Origin: Octopus vulgaris
Lineage: Eukaryota
Direction: 5' to 3'
Assembly (NCBI GenBank): GCA_951406725.2
Contig: OX597842.1
Span: 21,266,001-21,330,000 of the forward strand
DNA length: 64,000 bases
Each line of letters begins with the position of its first letter. Within the stretch, counting starts at the first letter, position 1. Under the pieces are notes generated by a model that was given only the letters and a program-made list of their open reading frames with translations, was not told the origin of the DNA and did no database searches. Made by a program: the position numbers and the translations under genes. Shown piece after piece: positions 26,863 through 41,474 of the stretch.

Positions 26863-27339
26863 ACCGAGAGAGACAGATAAATAGACACCCACGCAGGCAT
26901 ATACACAACGACACATTTTGTTTTTCTGGGAGTCCCTTTTTAAAGTAGAAGAACTAGCTAACGTTTTTTGGCTGCTATTTCTAAACTTCGGTATGTGGTG
27001 AAGCAAATCTTTGCTGAACCCTAATTATTTAGTATTACTTAAGTTTACCATGAAATGGTCCTTTTTTCATACCGAATTCTACTTGGTGAAATTATTGATT
27101 ACTTCTTAATTAATTAATTTTACCCTTTGTTATTATTGATATTTAGATATATAGACAGATACATACACAAAAAGATAAATACATACGTACACACGCAACA
27201 TACATACACACACATACATGCATACTTACATACGTGGATACATAGATACATATAGGTACATACGTACATATACACATACATTTATTGAAAAAAAGATGTA
27301 CAGTCAGATATAAAAGCGACAGACAGACAGAGATGGAAG

Positions 27340-27541
27340 TTAAATAGATACTTACAAACAGACAGACAGAGATAGACAGATAGATTGATACATACATACA
27401 TACATACATACATACATACATACATACATACATACATACATACATACATACATACATACACACATACACACATACTTATATAGGTAGACACATAAATATA
27501 ATATTAGACAGACACATAACTGCATAGAGAGATAGATAGAC

Positions 27542-27572
<31 letters not shown>

Positions 27573-27617
27573 TAGATAGATAGATAGATAGACAGATAGA
27601 TAGATAGATAGACAGAG

Positions 27618-27695
<78 letters not shown>

Positions 27696-27920
27696 GTAAA
27701 CAGATAGACAGACAGACATATAGATAGATAGACAGACAGAGAGATAGATAGATAGATAGATAGAAAGATAGATAGATAGACAGAGAGACAGATAGATAGA
27801 TAAACAGATAGACAGACAGACAGACAGATAGATAGATAGGTAGATAGAATGATAGATAGATAGAATGATATATAGATAGAATGATATATAGATAGATAGA
27901 TAGACAGACAGACAGAGAGA
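27340..27920. repeat. (CATA)n and (GATA/GACA)n microsatellites
   Basis: Direct reading. Confidence 0.95.
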
Positions 27921-30029
27921 TAGTTTGACTGATAGATTGATAACACTGAAGTAGTGTCAGAGAGAGAGACAGACCGATACACGGATTTATTCCATATTAA
28001 AACTGGCAATTGTCGCCCTCATCCCCGGCATCAAGAAGCACCCTACAACAGAGGGTACCGGGTGTTTCAAAGAAGAAGGCCCATTTCGATCCTGGCAATC
28101 TTGTATGAAGGGTTCCTCTCCCAGTATACAAATATACACTGACCCCTTAAAATATTTATCGGATTCTCATTTATGTGTAACTCTGATCTTTCACTACTTT
28201 GATGACATCAATCAATTGAAGCTAGTCAATCCCAAAAGCAAGTAGCTATTAGTCTGCAAGTAGCTGGTCAGTCCCAGAAGCAACTAAAATTATTCTGGGA
28301 ATTGCGAAAGAACACAAGAGAGAAAAAAACCACAAAAGCAACTGATATGAAAGCCAACACTCCCCAAGAAGTTTCTGGACAAGTCATAACTAATTGCTTA
28401 ATTATGTATTGCGCATATATAGATATGTGTATATCTATCTTTCTACTTATCCATATGTATATTGATTGATTGATAGATAGATAGATAGATAGTCACACAT
28501 ACACACTCACACACACACATATTTATATATACATGTGTGTGTGTGTGTGTGTGTGTAACGATAAATAGACAGAAAAATAAAGAGATAGATAGAAAGATAG
28601 AAGCCATTCTCTCTTGTTCAAATTCTCTGAGGTCATTTTCTGCGAATAACCTATCAATGACCATTTGCCATTAAAGAAACAGATGCATGCGCGCTCACGC
28701 ACATTTTTATAGATTGCGGCTCCAAAGCTTCATTGTTCAGTTCGACATCGGAGAGTTCGGAATGGCTTTGTGAGAGAACATGTAAGTACATTACTTATAT
28801 ATGATCAAAAAATTTAAATTTTGTATTTCGTTTTAGTTGTGAAATTACATTTCTCATCTGCTCAAAATAGATTTTTTTCAGTTTGAGAATTATTATATGC
28901 TTGCTAAAATTTGTTTTTTACTATAACGATTCTTTTTCTTATCTTACTTTGCCACTGTGTTTTTCGCCGTTTTGTACAATTAAGTTCTCAAACACTTGTA
29001 ATTACAACTCTGGAAAGAGGAAAAGTACTCCAAAATTCTCTGATTTTTTAATTATCGGTCATAAGACTCCTTAAGCATGCTGCAGAGGAATGATCATTAA
29101 TGAAGTTAAATAAGTCAACAATTGTTTTGTATTCCATGTTTTTGCTCCTTTTCGTAATTAAATTTCTTTTTCTATGATTATATTCACATAAATTTAGTGG
29201 TGGTTGTTTGTGCTTGTATGGATCTCAGAGCATTGTTTTGCCACGATTCCTATAAAGCTGCGAGGACGGTAGATTTTCTACCTTTATTTTGCTACCTTCA
29301 GTAATCGTAGGATTTCCTGAATGCCCTGCATAGTGGATTTCGTATGTTTCCGTCAGTTTCGGGACCGGTTCTCTGCTCCCCACAACCTCTCGCAATAGGT
29401 TCGTGGCTGTCACAATTAGCTCCCCGGAAATTGGGTATTCAAACATAATGCCCTTTTCTACTCTACCATTTTGTTGTGAAATTTCCCACGGTAAATATCA
29501 GCCTCAACGAATACATGTGGGACATTGTTAGTCCAACTATGTCCGTTGCTACTTGGGAGTTCTCCATTTCATTTAGAAGTAACTGGTAGGACACGCTTAG
29601 TTACGCTTTGTCGAGATCCAACCAAACAACAGAAAGTGAGTTGTTCGCTTTTACCTCATTGCCGATCACTGATGTGCTTTCGGGGTCATTCTGAGTAGAC
29701 TAGGGCACCTCCCTTCACTTCTGTGCATGATGTCCCTAGAAAAGGTAACCCTCCACCAGAAGAGAGGGATATTTCTTCTTGGGACATCATTCACAGATAT
29801 TACTCTGCTCTCCTCGCCTTGCGTACAGTATATTAATCTCCCGCGTGAACTTGAAGTTTATAAATGCCTTCCTTTGTCTCCACCTCTCCCTTTCCATGTA
29901 TGTTTCTCTCCCTCTCTTGGTCTCTTTCTATTTCTCTTTGTCCCTCTTTCTCGCTCTCTTTTCCAATATGATTCTGTCGTGCGCAGGTGGAGCAGAATAT
30001 TTCGTTACTCCGTGCTCAGTTGCTTTAAA

Positions 30030-30500
30030 ACTAATTCATCTCGAAAGAGTCCAGAAGCTGGCTACCCGCATGGTTCTTGGTCACATGCATTTGTCTTATG
30101 AAGAAAGGCTGAAGACGCTCAACCTTTATTCTCTAGAAAAACGACGACGCCATGGTGATCTCATTCTTGTTCACAACACCATAAACTGAAAGTGTAACCT
30201 CTCGAACGAGCTGTTCTTCACTCCTGCTCCAGAGCGTCGGCTACGGGGTCACTCCGAAAAGCTCTATCTGCAACGATTTCATCTCAATCGAAGGAGAGGG
30301 GCTTTCTCCGTCCGGGTTGCGGATCCGTGGAATAAGCTACCGGACGAGACAGTGAAGATGCCGACGACTGGTCGGTTCACAGTCTCTCTTGACCAGAAAT
30401 GGCCGGAACCCTTTGCATGAACACCATCCTGTACATAATTCCATGTCCCCCTACATGACCTTGCTTTTTGCGTTTTGAGCCAAAAAATTAACTTAACTAA
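30030..30500 (+). mobile_element. CR1-group LINE 3' end
   Basis: HLERVQKLATRMV...LSYEERLKTLNLYSLEKRRRHGDLI, RGHSEKL, FSVRVADPWNKLP. Confidence 0.85.
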
Positions 30501-32899
30501 TTTTGTTCTTTCACTGTATGCTTCTTTCCACCATATTTAAGCTGTCTTTCTCTTTCCTCAATTCTGCCACCTGACGCTGATTCTTATGGAAACTGTCCTG
30601 CTTGTTGCTCTTGCTTTCCTTCAAGCCCAAATTATATTGGAAAGCCTGATGTACCAATTGCACCACGTTTCTTACCTTCCCGGTAGCGTCACCCTTCATA
30701 ATGTTGTCCGGAATAATGTTCAAGCCATTGTTCAACCGGACGCTTCTAAGATCTGTCGCTGGAGCTAAATTCACCCGTGGAATTTTTTTGTGGAGCCCTC
30801 GTCGCTTTCAAATTCTTCCCCTCTTCTTGTGAAGTAATCGAGTTAAGCAAAGAGGGCCTGGGCGTTGTGGTTTCACTTCTGACCCTAGTCGTCCTCCCCC
30901 TGAGAAGCAGTGCTAATACTAGGATGGGTGGTATAGTTCGTTGGTATACCATTTGTCACAGCCGGCACCTGCTCAATGAATTCAGACGTAGTAGGGTCTA
31001 CAAGTACAGCAATTCACTTGTTGGAGTTCATTGTCTGAGTTGACAAATTATATTCTCCTTTTAATTCCTTTTGGTGGTATAATGGTTTAGCGTATAGCAT
31101 ATGAAAATCATGGTTCTTTTGTTTAATCGTTTATACGTTCTATTGTTCCGTTATATGCTAAACGCAGTTAATGTTTTTCTCCTTCAAAATGATTTTTCGA
31201 ATTCTAGGATTGTTGCCTTGCTTCTATGCTTACATGATATCTGCTTTCATGACACGGAATGTCTATTTATGTTTTCTTTGGATGCGATGATACCCACGGT
31301 TTCCGCTAAGCATAAGTTGCACACCCGTGTTATTCTCAGTTCTCCATCCGCTACTTCCAACTTTAGTACCATATAACCTGAAGAAATGATCGCATGAATA
31401 TAATCCATCAGGTGTCCATGGTTATTACTGACTGTACTGTTATTATCTCAGGAACACGGAATAACCTTTTCCTCTCTATTTCATGCTATTCCAGTTCAAA
31501 CATTTGAAATTACTATTCTGGAAACTGAAAAAATACTCCTTGAAAATTCTTTGTCATAACACATTCAACCATTCTATAAAGAATGTTCTTTTAATGAAGC
31601 CGAAAAAGACTACAATTTTTAGCATCTCATGGTTTTGTTCATTTTAGAACTTCAATTTCCTTTTCATAACTATATAAATTCTTGTTTTTAGTGTTGGGTG
31701 TTTGTGTTTGTATGGGCCTCAGTGTAGTGTTTTGCCATGGGGCGTACAAAGCAGCTCAGACGGCCATGTATGAATCGTTTTCTTTTCACTTTGCTTCATT
31801 CAATACTAATAGAAGTCCTCACAGAAATTCCGCACTTGCTTTGAAAACTAAATGAACCATCTAGAAATACAATGTTATCAATGAAAATGCCATTTCCAGA
31901 GATTGGTCTAAATCAATTTTGGTGAGATGAGGGTCACTTTGGAAATCTGTAGGGTCATGTAAGGGACACATCAATGAAACTTAAACCAAAAATAACGAAA
32001 TGTACAAAAAATAAGTTGGCTATCCTTATTTATAATGAATGTTTTATTTCCTCCTATGCTATCTTAATAAATTAATAATGCTTTTGAAAAATAAAACTAA
32101 ATCTAAAATAATAATTCATTTTGATCATTGAAGGTAGCCAAGTTATTTTTGTAACATTACCCATTATTATTGGTTTCATTTTGACTGATATTTAACTCAA
32201 TATATCTCTAAAAGCTCAATTAATCGAATATAATTTGTTTTTAATTTTTTCTGTTAATATTTTACGACGTATTAGAACTTATTGTTCATTTTTTAAACAA
32301 AATATTTTAGATTGTTTCGTCATTAATGTTTTCAATGTATTATAATTACTTTTATTGTTATTTTCGTGTTATTAAAAGCAAATATAAATTTGTCTGACTG
32401 TATTTTTTAACATACCTTTTCCACATACAAAAGTTTTAACTTACGACAGGGATTCAGAACGTGTCACGGTTGGTGGTGCTATTTTGCAACTTCATCTTTC
32501 AGGTTGTCTATACCACCAATTTTTACCTACCTCTATTGAACAGCTGCTGTTATTTCATCGTAGACTTACCATTATAATTTCCTGACCGTAAAAAAGTAAA
32601 TGTAAAAAAAAGGTGGGAAAATAGCCAAGACAATAAAATATATAAACTTAACGATCGTCAGCAGCAGCTACGCATATTAATCCAAAACACTCTCTATCCT
32701 CAGAAAATGCCTTGGACACTAATATTTGCAGACACTATTTCAATTAAGAAAAGTGAAAGTATTTTGTACTCAGGTTATATTCTCACAAAAAATATCCAAT
32801 ATGTCCCGGAACATTCAACTGTCCGGAGGAGCTTAGAAGAGAAACATTTCCGAAGAGAATGGTGAAAGAAATTCCGCTGCATTGGCAAAGACACATAGT

Positions 32900-35050
32900 A
32901 CTGAAATTTTGTTATGCTTCGAAAAAGGGACTATCAGCTATCCCTTTTTAGGAACCAGTTACACTACTAAGTACATCTTCAGAAAATAGGGGCCACGTGT
33001 CAACCGAAAATACTGAAGATGAAGAATTACCATCAAGGGATCTAGGCCTAGCTATATGGTTTGATGCCAGCACAAATATGTATCCACGTTCTTTCAGTCA
33101 AAATCAGTGATATGTGAAAGCAAGCAGGCCCCTGATTCCTACCCAGAATCTCGACTCCATTATTAGTCAGGTGAAGGAAAACCGGGTGCAACTGTCATTA
33201 TTTTAATAATTCAATTCTTTTATACCATTGATGTTATTGCTGAGGAGCAGTTGATAAAGTGGCTCTTGTGCCACCCATCAAAGGGTGCCGTTTATTACTT
33301 TTACTGTACATTGATGTTAAGCCGATGAGACAGGTTTTCCAACGATCGGGAAAAAGCAAAGTAGAAAACGAAAACACTTAAGAAAAGTCAAGGCCCTAAA
33401 CATTCTGCGTCGAAAACAATCATTAGTGTAGGGGTTTTCATGTTAACAGGGGCTTGGAAAAACAAACAGAGGAAAACAAGAAATATTGCGCCGTGTTGTA
33501 GCTGTCATAATATTTCTAGTCGAGAGAGGTCTTGAATGTAGAATTAGGGATGAGGTCATAGTATCTAAGCATATCAAGAACGTTTCTTTTTTGTTGGTGG
33601 GAATAATTTTAAAACTTATTGCCCAGTTTGAACCATTTGTGATGGATCATTTGAAAGCAGTCGGCAATCTCAGAAGTGAAAAGCAATCATATTACGTACC
33701 ATTTACAAAGAAATTGGTGAGTCAGAATCTGTTAAGAATCATATTGAAACAGAATTTAAAGCTGCCAAGTATTTCTCAGTTTCTGTTATTCTATACTGGA
33801 CCAGGCTCATGTTGACAAGCTAACAGTTACTGTGCATTATGCTGTTTCTGCGAAGCCGATAGAAAGTTTTAAACTTTTTTTCAGACTCTTTCTCACAAAG
33901 CTGAAGTTCTACCTCTGTTAGAATTTCTTGAAAAAGAATCAACATTGAAGACTGCGAGAAGCAGTCCTATGACAGTACTAGTAATATGTTCCGTCAGCAT
34001 ATAGGACTGTGATTCAGACTTAAGACAAGGAACCAAACTACAATTTTCATTCACCGTGTTGCTAATTCACTGAATCTTGTTGGACAGACTACAGCATCTT
34101 GCTACTTTGAAGTTGTTAACTATTTTGCATTCTTACTATGTCTAAACTCCTTTTCGTATCTGCCTAAATACAGAGAAGGAAAGATATAATGGAATGGATA
34201 TAACTGCATTATTCAAAATCTACTGAAGAATATTGGAGATGATATGGAACAAACACCTGAAGCAAGGTATGGAATACAGACAGTAGCAGAGAAAATGGAT
34301 TGCCTTGAAACCGTTCTGTTGGTGAGAATCTGGAATATAATTCATCTACGGTTTAATAGTAGATATAAAGCTTTTCAAGGAGTTGAAGTAGATCTTGATA
34401 ACGTGGTGGATCTAACTGATGTTTTACGAAACTTTCTGAAATCTCTTCGGAATAGATATGGAGAATTGTCGCTGGATGCAATTGACATGTGTGAAAACAC
34501 AGACCGTAAAGTAACAATAGGTTAGCTAAGGAAGAGAGACAAACATTATGACCCAGAGGAATTTGTCCTTTCTGCAAGAGAAAAATTCGGATTCAGAATA
34601 TTCAATATCATTTTAAATCCTTTTAAATCGGTTGATTTATAAAAACTCTGTGTAGCCTATCAACCAGTGTGTGACAAGTTCAATGTTATAGTGACCTTAT
34701 GTAGTTTATCTGACACAGAAATAAGATGTGAGGCTTAAATCTCCTGAAATAGAAGAAATTGCCCAATTTGCAACCTTTGTAAGCTCAGCCCATATCCTGC
34801 CAGGCATTTTTTATCCACGTGAGGGGGCCTGCTGAAACATTTCCAAATATTGATGTAACACTTCGAAATATATCTTGAGCCTGATGGCCACTGGTTGTTC
34901 AGGAGAGAGACAATTCAGAAAATTCGGACTGTAAATGGAGTATCTGAGAATCAAGAGGACTCAGGAAACAATGAGTGATCTGTGCTTTGCCTTTGGATGT
35001 AGAGAACAGAACAATCACTAAAGATTTTTAGGATATCAAAAAAGAAAGAA
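32900..35050 (+). mobile_element. Decayed hAT transposase (ZMYM1-like type)
   Basis: QSYDSTSNM...IFIHRVANSLNLVG resembles GQxYDxAxNM...HCxAHxLNL; LIAQFEPF; C-terminal TGCSGERxF; many stops and frameshifts. Confidence 0.75.
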
Positions 35051-35289
35051 AGGTTTTTTTGTCGGAGTATACAATGGTGAGGTGGTAAAACCGGTTGTAT
35101 TTAATTTCGATGGAAACATTTTGCATTGAGAGATTCATTTAAACATTTTATGTGTTTATTTGGTTAAATTCAATTACATTCAGTTGACAGGTTTCAGATG
35201 TCAACTTGATTATTTGGCATGGATTGTAACTATTGGGTGTAAGGGATTCACATAGCATAAAGTTCCCTGGGGCTACAAGGTTTCAATGA

Positions 35290-37920
35290 GACAGACAGGC
35301 AACACATAGTCAACAACAATGATGAAAAGAAATGGGGCGAGTGTGTCTCCCTGCAGGATTCCGACTTTGATTGAGAAAGATGATGTTTCTCCGTCAGGGG
35401 TTAGGATGGTTGAAGACGTATCTGTGTAGAGGACCTTGATGACAGAAATGATTTTGTTTGGTATCCCATAGAGCTTAAGGATTTCAAACATCTTGTACTT
35501 GTCTACAGAGTCGAACGCTTTAGAAAAGTCTACAAATACCATTGCAAGATCGCGATTAAATGCTTTTGATTCTTCAATAAGTCTGCGTAGGCATAGTATC
35601 TGGCTCAGCGTTGAGCGCCCATGTCTGAATCCATTTTGGTTCTTTCGGAGCAAAGGTTCAACAAAAAGGACAAGACGATTTAGAATCAGTTTGTTGTAGA
35701 GTTTTGCAGCAATTTACGTTAGAGATATACCCCTGTAGGTGGTGACGAGGGATAAATCGCCTTATTTGGGTATTGGGATGATTTGAGACTGGTGACAAAT
35801 CTTTGGAGCGACAAAGGTGGAAAGTGTGTGGTTGCAAAGGTTGAGTAGGAGTGTGTGAAATCTATCATCCTTCCAAATTATAGCTGGGATGTTGTCGGGA
35901 CCAAATGCTTTAGAGGCTTTTAGTTGCTTGGTGGCTGCTGTTAGTTCAAATATGGTAAAAGGGGTGTTGATGTCTAGCGTGTCTGATATAGGCACACTTG
36001 GAAGAGTGGGGTTATCAGGGATTTTGGCATTCTTCCCAAGAAGGTTTTTAAAATGAGTTGACCAATTTTCTAAACGCTTCTTAGCTGATCCCCCTTTAAT
36101 TCTAATTGATGACCCAGAATTTTTGCCTGATAGGTCTTTGATGGATTTTCAGGCGAGATGGTGTTTTTTACTAATGTGCTCTTTGGATAGTTTGCTAATT
36201 TTGCCATTGATAAAGTCGACCTCGGCGTTCAAGTAAGCCTCATCAAGATTCTTCTTGGCAACTATGAGTTGGATCTTCAGTGACTGGGATGGAGAACGGT
36301 GGTAAGCTAGTGATATAGACTTTAGATGGTTTCTGGCTTCGATGACATTTGGGGAATTAGAAGGTTTGCTCTGGCCCCTACTCTTCTTTTTGGGAAGAGT
36401 AGCCAGTGCAACTTCCTCTGTTGATTTGATGAGGCTGCTGTATACTTCTTCAATGTTCTCAGCATCTATTTCAGAAGTAGACAAAGATTGAAATGTGTTA
36501 TAGACCTCAAAAGTAAATTGTTTGGACATATCGGGGTTAGATAAGACTTCCTCCCAGTCGATCGTTTTCATCGGGTGAGGCTTAGCTTTTTTGGATGAGC
36601 GAAGACTAAGCTTAACGGTAGCTGATACAATTCTGTGGTCAGAGCCGACAGAACTAAAGGAAGAGTAGGATCTCGAGTTTTTAACACTATTGCGCCACTT
36701 CTTTCGAAAGATGAGGTAGTCAGTTTGTGCCCTATCACCAAGTGGGGACTCGAATGTCCAAAGTTGACTTTTTGGTTTCATAAAATAATTGTTGGAGTTG
36801 TAGAGATTAAATTCCGCCAAGAAGTCTTTGAGCAATTCTCCGTTTCGATTAGTTTTAGAGTTGAAAGTAAACTTGGTCTCATCGGGTCCTAGTCTAGCAT
36901 TCAGATCACCATCTATAACTAGAAAATTATGGAGAGGTACTTGCTCAATGGTTGAACGAAGGGTTGTATAAAAATTCTCAATCTCGTCTGCCACAGACGA
37001 ATTATATGGGCTATACACACTTACCAATGTTGTTTTCGGGTTCCCATCTATCTCCAGCACCATAATTCTAGGTGAGATTGACTCTATACTCAAGAGAGTA
37101 TCACTGGCTTTTGATGAAAGTAGAAATCCGATACCTCCAACCGTTGAATTAACAGTATTCTTTGATGCTGAGGAGGTTACAAGTTGATAAGAACCGACTT
37201 GATGGTATTTGAGGATGTTGTCAGGGTGGTAAAATCGGTGTTCTTGGACAGCTATTATATCAATGCCATGTGATTCTGCATTTGCACCAAGTTCTTCTAG
37301 ACGGCCGAGAGAACCGAGGGTGCGGGCATTGAAGGTGCTGAGTATCATATGATTTTTACAGCTGATGAGGTGTTTGTTTGGTGTTGTTTGGTTGGGAGCT
37401 GACTCTTCTCCATAAGGTGATATCCGTCTGTTAAGATTGAGGGCATCACCGTCAATGGATGCCCTTGGAGGTGCAACGTGATCAGAGACAGGACCCGGCA
37501 AAGCAGGGACTGGACCTACATCCGCAGGTATACCATTAGGTCTGGTTCCCTGGGGAAGAGGAACCCTGGTGCAGTTAATTGTAAATTTCAGTCTTTTCAA
37601 ATGGCTAATAATGTGTGCGCGCGCCACTACTACACACATTGGAAAGCATTGTACAACCAAGTACTAAAGAAGATCTTTCCTCCTCCATAAAACAAAGCTG
37701 TTCCCGCTGGACGTCAACCCAGTATTTCTAAGCTACGGACCGAGTGATTTATTGTAAGGTTATCTCCCTAAACAGATTGCCTTCACTACGGCTAAGGAGC
37801 CCTTTCTACCCCACTGACACAGGTTGTACTGGTTTACAGTTTACCAGAAGTAGGATCCGATGCTGCATACATCAGACCTGACCTGACAAGGGCAGCCTAA
37901 TAGCTTTTTGCTTCATAGGG
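35290..37920 (-). mobile_element. RTE-like non-LTR retrotransposon: AP-endonuclease plus N-terminal RT, 3'-truncated
   Basis: 503-aa ORF with TFNARTL, QEH, GDLNA, DYL and SDH endonuclease motifs; frameshifted RT with QNGFR, FVDFSKAFDSV and GILQGDTLAPFLF. Confidence 0.92.
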
Positions 37921-38863
37921 CCAAGGGAGGGAGATAGAAAAAGAGAGGACAAGAGATAAGAAAGAGAAGGGGAGAGAATAGAGAGATATCCGGTATTGGT
38001 GGTGGGGGTGGGTGAGGGCGGGCGCTCAGCGGACAAGGGACGGTCGGAATTAAGCAAGGGGAGAAGTGAATAATTTACTTAACGAAATTCTAAGAGATGG
38101 AGCTAAAACTATCCTTTCAGTGGTCATTGAAAATGGTTAGCTTACGGAAGAGAAACAACAAGCTGTCAGTAATGAAAACATTTAAGGCAACTAACGGCGA
38201 GAGGAAACTAGGAATGGAAAAATGAGAAAGAAGAAAGAAGAAGGAGGAAATGTTCTTAGCTTGGTGTCTCATCAGAGAAACAAAGAAGTATATAGATATA
38301 GGATAAATGTCTTAATGTAAGGGTAAATATGTAATTGCCAATAGCTTGCAACCTTACACATGCTGCGATTGTTATTAACTGGTAATGGAACTGGCATTGA
38401 CACTGATCAGCCCTCACACACGTATAGTATGTTTAATAACCTAACTCACGTGGAAAGACACAAACACACACTGTGAGAAATATAAACATTCATACACTTA
38501 GACTCATACATTCATAGACAATTACCCAATCATATGCGAAAGGTGATGTCGTCGTCGAGGTTAGAGTTAAAAGTAAGTTTATGGAAGTGAAACAATATAT
38601 CACATTACAATATAGATGTTATTCTTTCACTTTTATTCTTCGAGTTTTGAGAGGTAATACGGAATCAGTGCCAATGTTGCATTGTTTTAATGCGAAACAT
38701 TTACATGTTGACACTCACGAGTTCTGATAGTATTATCATGTAGAGTTTGATTTGGTTAGGTTGAGCCGTTTGTGAATGCGTTGGGAACAAAGAGAGAGAC
38801 AAATGATTTTATATATACAGATGATTTGTGAGTGTGCGCGCGGGCATGCCTGTTCGCGAGTGT

Positions 38864-38914
<51 letters not shown>

Positions 38915-39181
38915 TTAAGGTGATAGGTCTCCAGTTTTTATTTCATATTATCACTCATGAATGCTATAATCTATAACTATATTCTTCACTCTGATCGAGA
39001 TTCAGTTTTTCTTTATTTTAAAATTATGACTTTGAAAGTAAGCGAAATCAAGGATAAATTCATCGCATGAAACAGGGACCAATATTTGTCCTTCGTAGAA
39101 TTTGCAAAATGAATGAAATAACAATAGAGTGTCTGATATTTTGTATTTTCTTGTTTTACAGATTAATCTACACATGAAAAT

Positions 39182-39372
39182 ATGCTCCGGCAAAATCACC
39201 ATTTTATGTTGACTTTTGTGTTGATAATGTACATGAGATTTCTTTTGGAGTCTCATGCTGTTTCAGACGTTTGCAGTATTCGTAAATGGATTTTTGGAGG
39301 TGATGAAGTAGACTGTAGAAATCTCAGTTTGACTTCTGTTCCACAAAATATTGGCCAGAACGTTAGTGCTTT
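39182..39372 (+). CDS. LRR protein, first coding exon: signal peptide plus LRR N-terminal cap
   Basis: Acceptor tttcttgttttacag ends at 39161; MLRQNHHFMLTFVLIMYMRFLLESHAVSDVC...EVDCRNLSLTSVPQNIGQNVSA; phase-2 donor TT|gtaagt. Confidence 0.88.
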
Positions 39373-40587
39373 GTAAGTATTGGACATTATTTTTTACATA
39401 TTTGCCATATTCAATGATTTAAATTCTCATTTATTAAGTTGTAAGTAAATACCTTATGGTGTTGATTTCACATCGTGAAACACCATGTTACATTCTAGTA
39501 AAGGAAGTCGATATATTTCTAGCTATGAAGTCAAGTAGACTGTTTTTCAGTACATATTGACTTATCTCTAATTTCCATGTCTAAGCGGTTGTACCGGGTT
39601 GTATTAAACAGAAAATTGTCTCACGAAATTCCGACTGAAAAGGTGACGTTCCTACTCCCACACTGTTTTCGATATTGATTGAAATTTGTGGTTTAAAAAA
39701 AATTTTTTTGTTCCCAAACAACACTTATTTTAGTGCTGTTCACACCGCCGGATTGAAGGGCAGTGCCCAGGTGTCGAAACCATAATGGTAACCATGGGGT
39801 AGCTGATGATACAGGTATGTTGCATTGTTCCTATGGTTGTGGAATAGTATTATAACACACATCCTTTTAATATAGAGATGTGTGTGTGTGTGTGTGTGTG
39901 TCTGTGTGTGTTTGCGTGTTTGTGTGTCGGTAGATTAAATTTACGGGAAAATAAAAGTCAAAAACAGGTGTTAGATTCAACACTCGGGAAAGTGAGAGCA
40001 TCTTTTACTTTCGAGCCTATGCTCCTCAACAGAAAGAGAAAGGAGAACATGAACAAAAAGGGATTAAAAATCTTGTCGATTTAGGGATCAAGCATGGCAA
40101 CTGGTTAGGAAAAACATAGCTTGATGGGAGAGATAGAGAGTCGGGGAGATAATAAACAACTGGAGATCCCGCGTTGGGATGTGTATGTAAGAATGTGTAA
40201 GTGTGTGTGTGTGTGTGTGTGTGTTGATAGGGCTAGTGACTATGATGTATGGGTGCGTCTGTAATGTGTGGGTGTGCGAATGATTGTGTATGGGTGTGTA
40301 GATGATGTTTTTTTGTCTGGGTATTGGAAAGTGGTTAGTGCTAGTACTAGCACAAGCACAGACACACAAATATATATAGATTTATGTATATATTTGTGTT
40401 CCCTCAAGATCACCTAATAACCAGTGTTGGTGTTACACACCCTGTAACTTAGTGGTTCGGCAAAAGACACCGAGAGAATAAGTGCTAGTCTTTCAACAAA
40501 TAAATGCTGGGCTCGATTGGTTCGAATAAAGGCTCTAGCATGGCCATTGTCAAATTACTGAAAAGAGTACATGTATAAACGTGTTGC

Positions 40588-40633
<46 letters not shown>

Positions 40634-40791
40634 TATACATATATACACACACAAATTTATACATATATATATATTGGTATATGTGTATATGTGTTTAACT
40701 ATCTGTCTGGCGATTGATAGATGTATTGATAAAGTGATAGATGGATGGATAGATCGATAGATTGATAGATAGATGGATAGATAGATAGATG

Positions 40792-40859
<68 letters not shown>

Positions 40860-41402
40860 CATGTCTCCAGTTCTAGTTTAGTCTTCTTTACCCTTTTTAT
40901 CTCATTTATCAATAACTGCTCGTCGTTAGTTTTATTCCTATTCTCATCCTTCTCTTTTGTTATAGTTTCAACTTTGCATATCAGCATCATCCTCCTCATC
41001 ATCATCATTCCAAATATTAAGAGCACCATCGGTAAATATTGTCATCATAATCATCGTCTGCGTCCTCGTGGTGGTCGTCACCATCATCGCCATCATCACC
41101 ATCATCATCATCCATATCATAATCTGGAACCACAGATGCAATGCCAGCAGACCGAAACGACTTCATCACTACAAAATCCGTCACCGTCAATGCCCTCATC
41201 ATCATAATTATCGCTTTCATCATCACTTAACACTATGCCATACACCTTTAAAATCTTCACTTATCATTTTTATAATCGTCTTCACCAAATTGTCTCACTT
41301 CTACTTATTTATCTTCTATTTCAGCAGCTAATTCATTGGACATAATCTTTGAAATATATGACTAATCACTTCTATGTTTTTTCTTCATGAATTATCTTTC
41401 AG

Positions 41403-41474
41403 AGATCTATCCAATAATGCAATCGTGAAAATTGAAAATGGATCGTTTGCAAATCTTCCGAGCTTAAAATATTT
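41403..41474 (+). CDS. LRR exon 1 (72 nt): LDLSNNAIVKIENGSFANLPSLKY
   Basis: tatctttcag acceptor, gtaagt donor, phase 2/2, fits LxLxxNxIxxIxxxxFxxLxxLxx. Confidence 0.92.

Noticed and set aside
30511-31040. Minus-strand ORFs 30511-30952 as a host gene
   Set aside because: Frameshifted, adjacent to a LINE tail and without recognisable motifs; probably a retroelement relic that I cannot classify.
39772-39815. Type II hammerhead-like string (GAAAC-cataatg-GTA...CTGATGA) repeated in cassettes at 39777, 47023 and about 62479
   Set aside because: Stem III pairs, but stem I is offset by 2 nt and stem II is weak; recurrence is explained by the segmental duplication.
40974-41331. His-rich or Asp-rich ORFs upstream of LRR exons
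   Set aside because: (CAT)n low-complexity intron tract; frames are not preserved between the duplicated copies.
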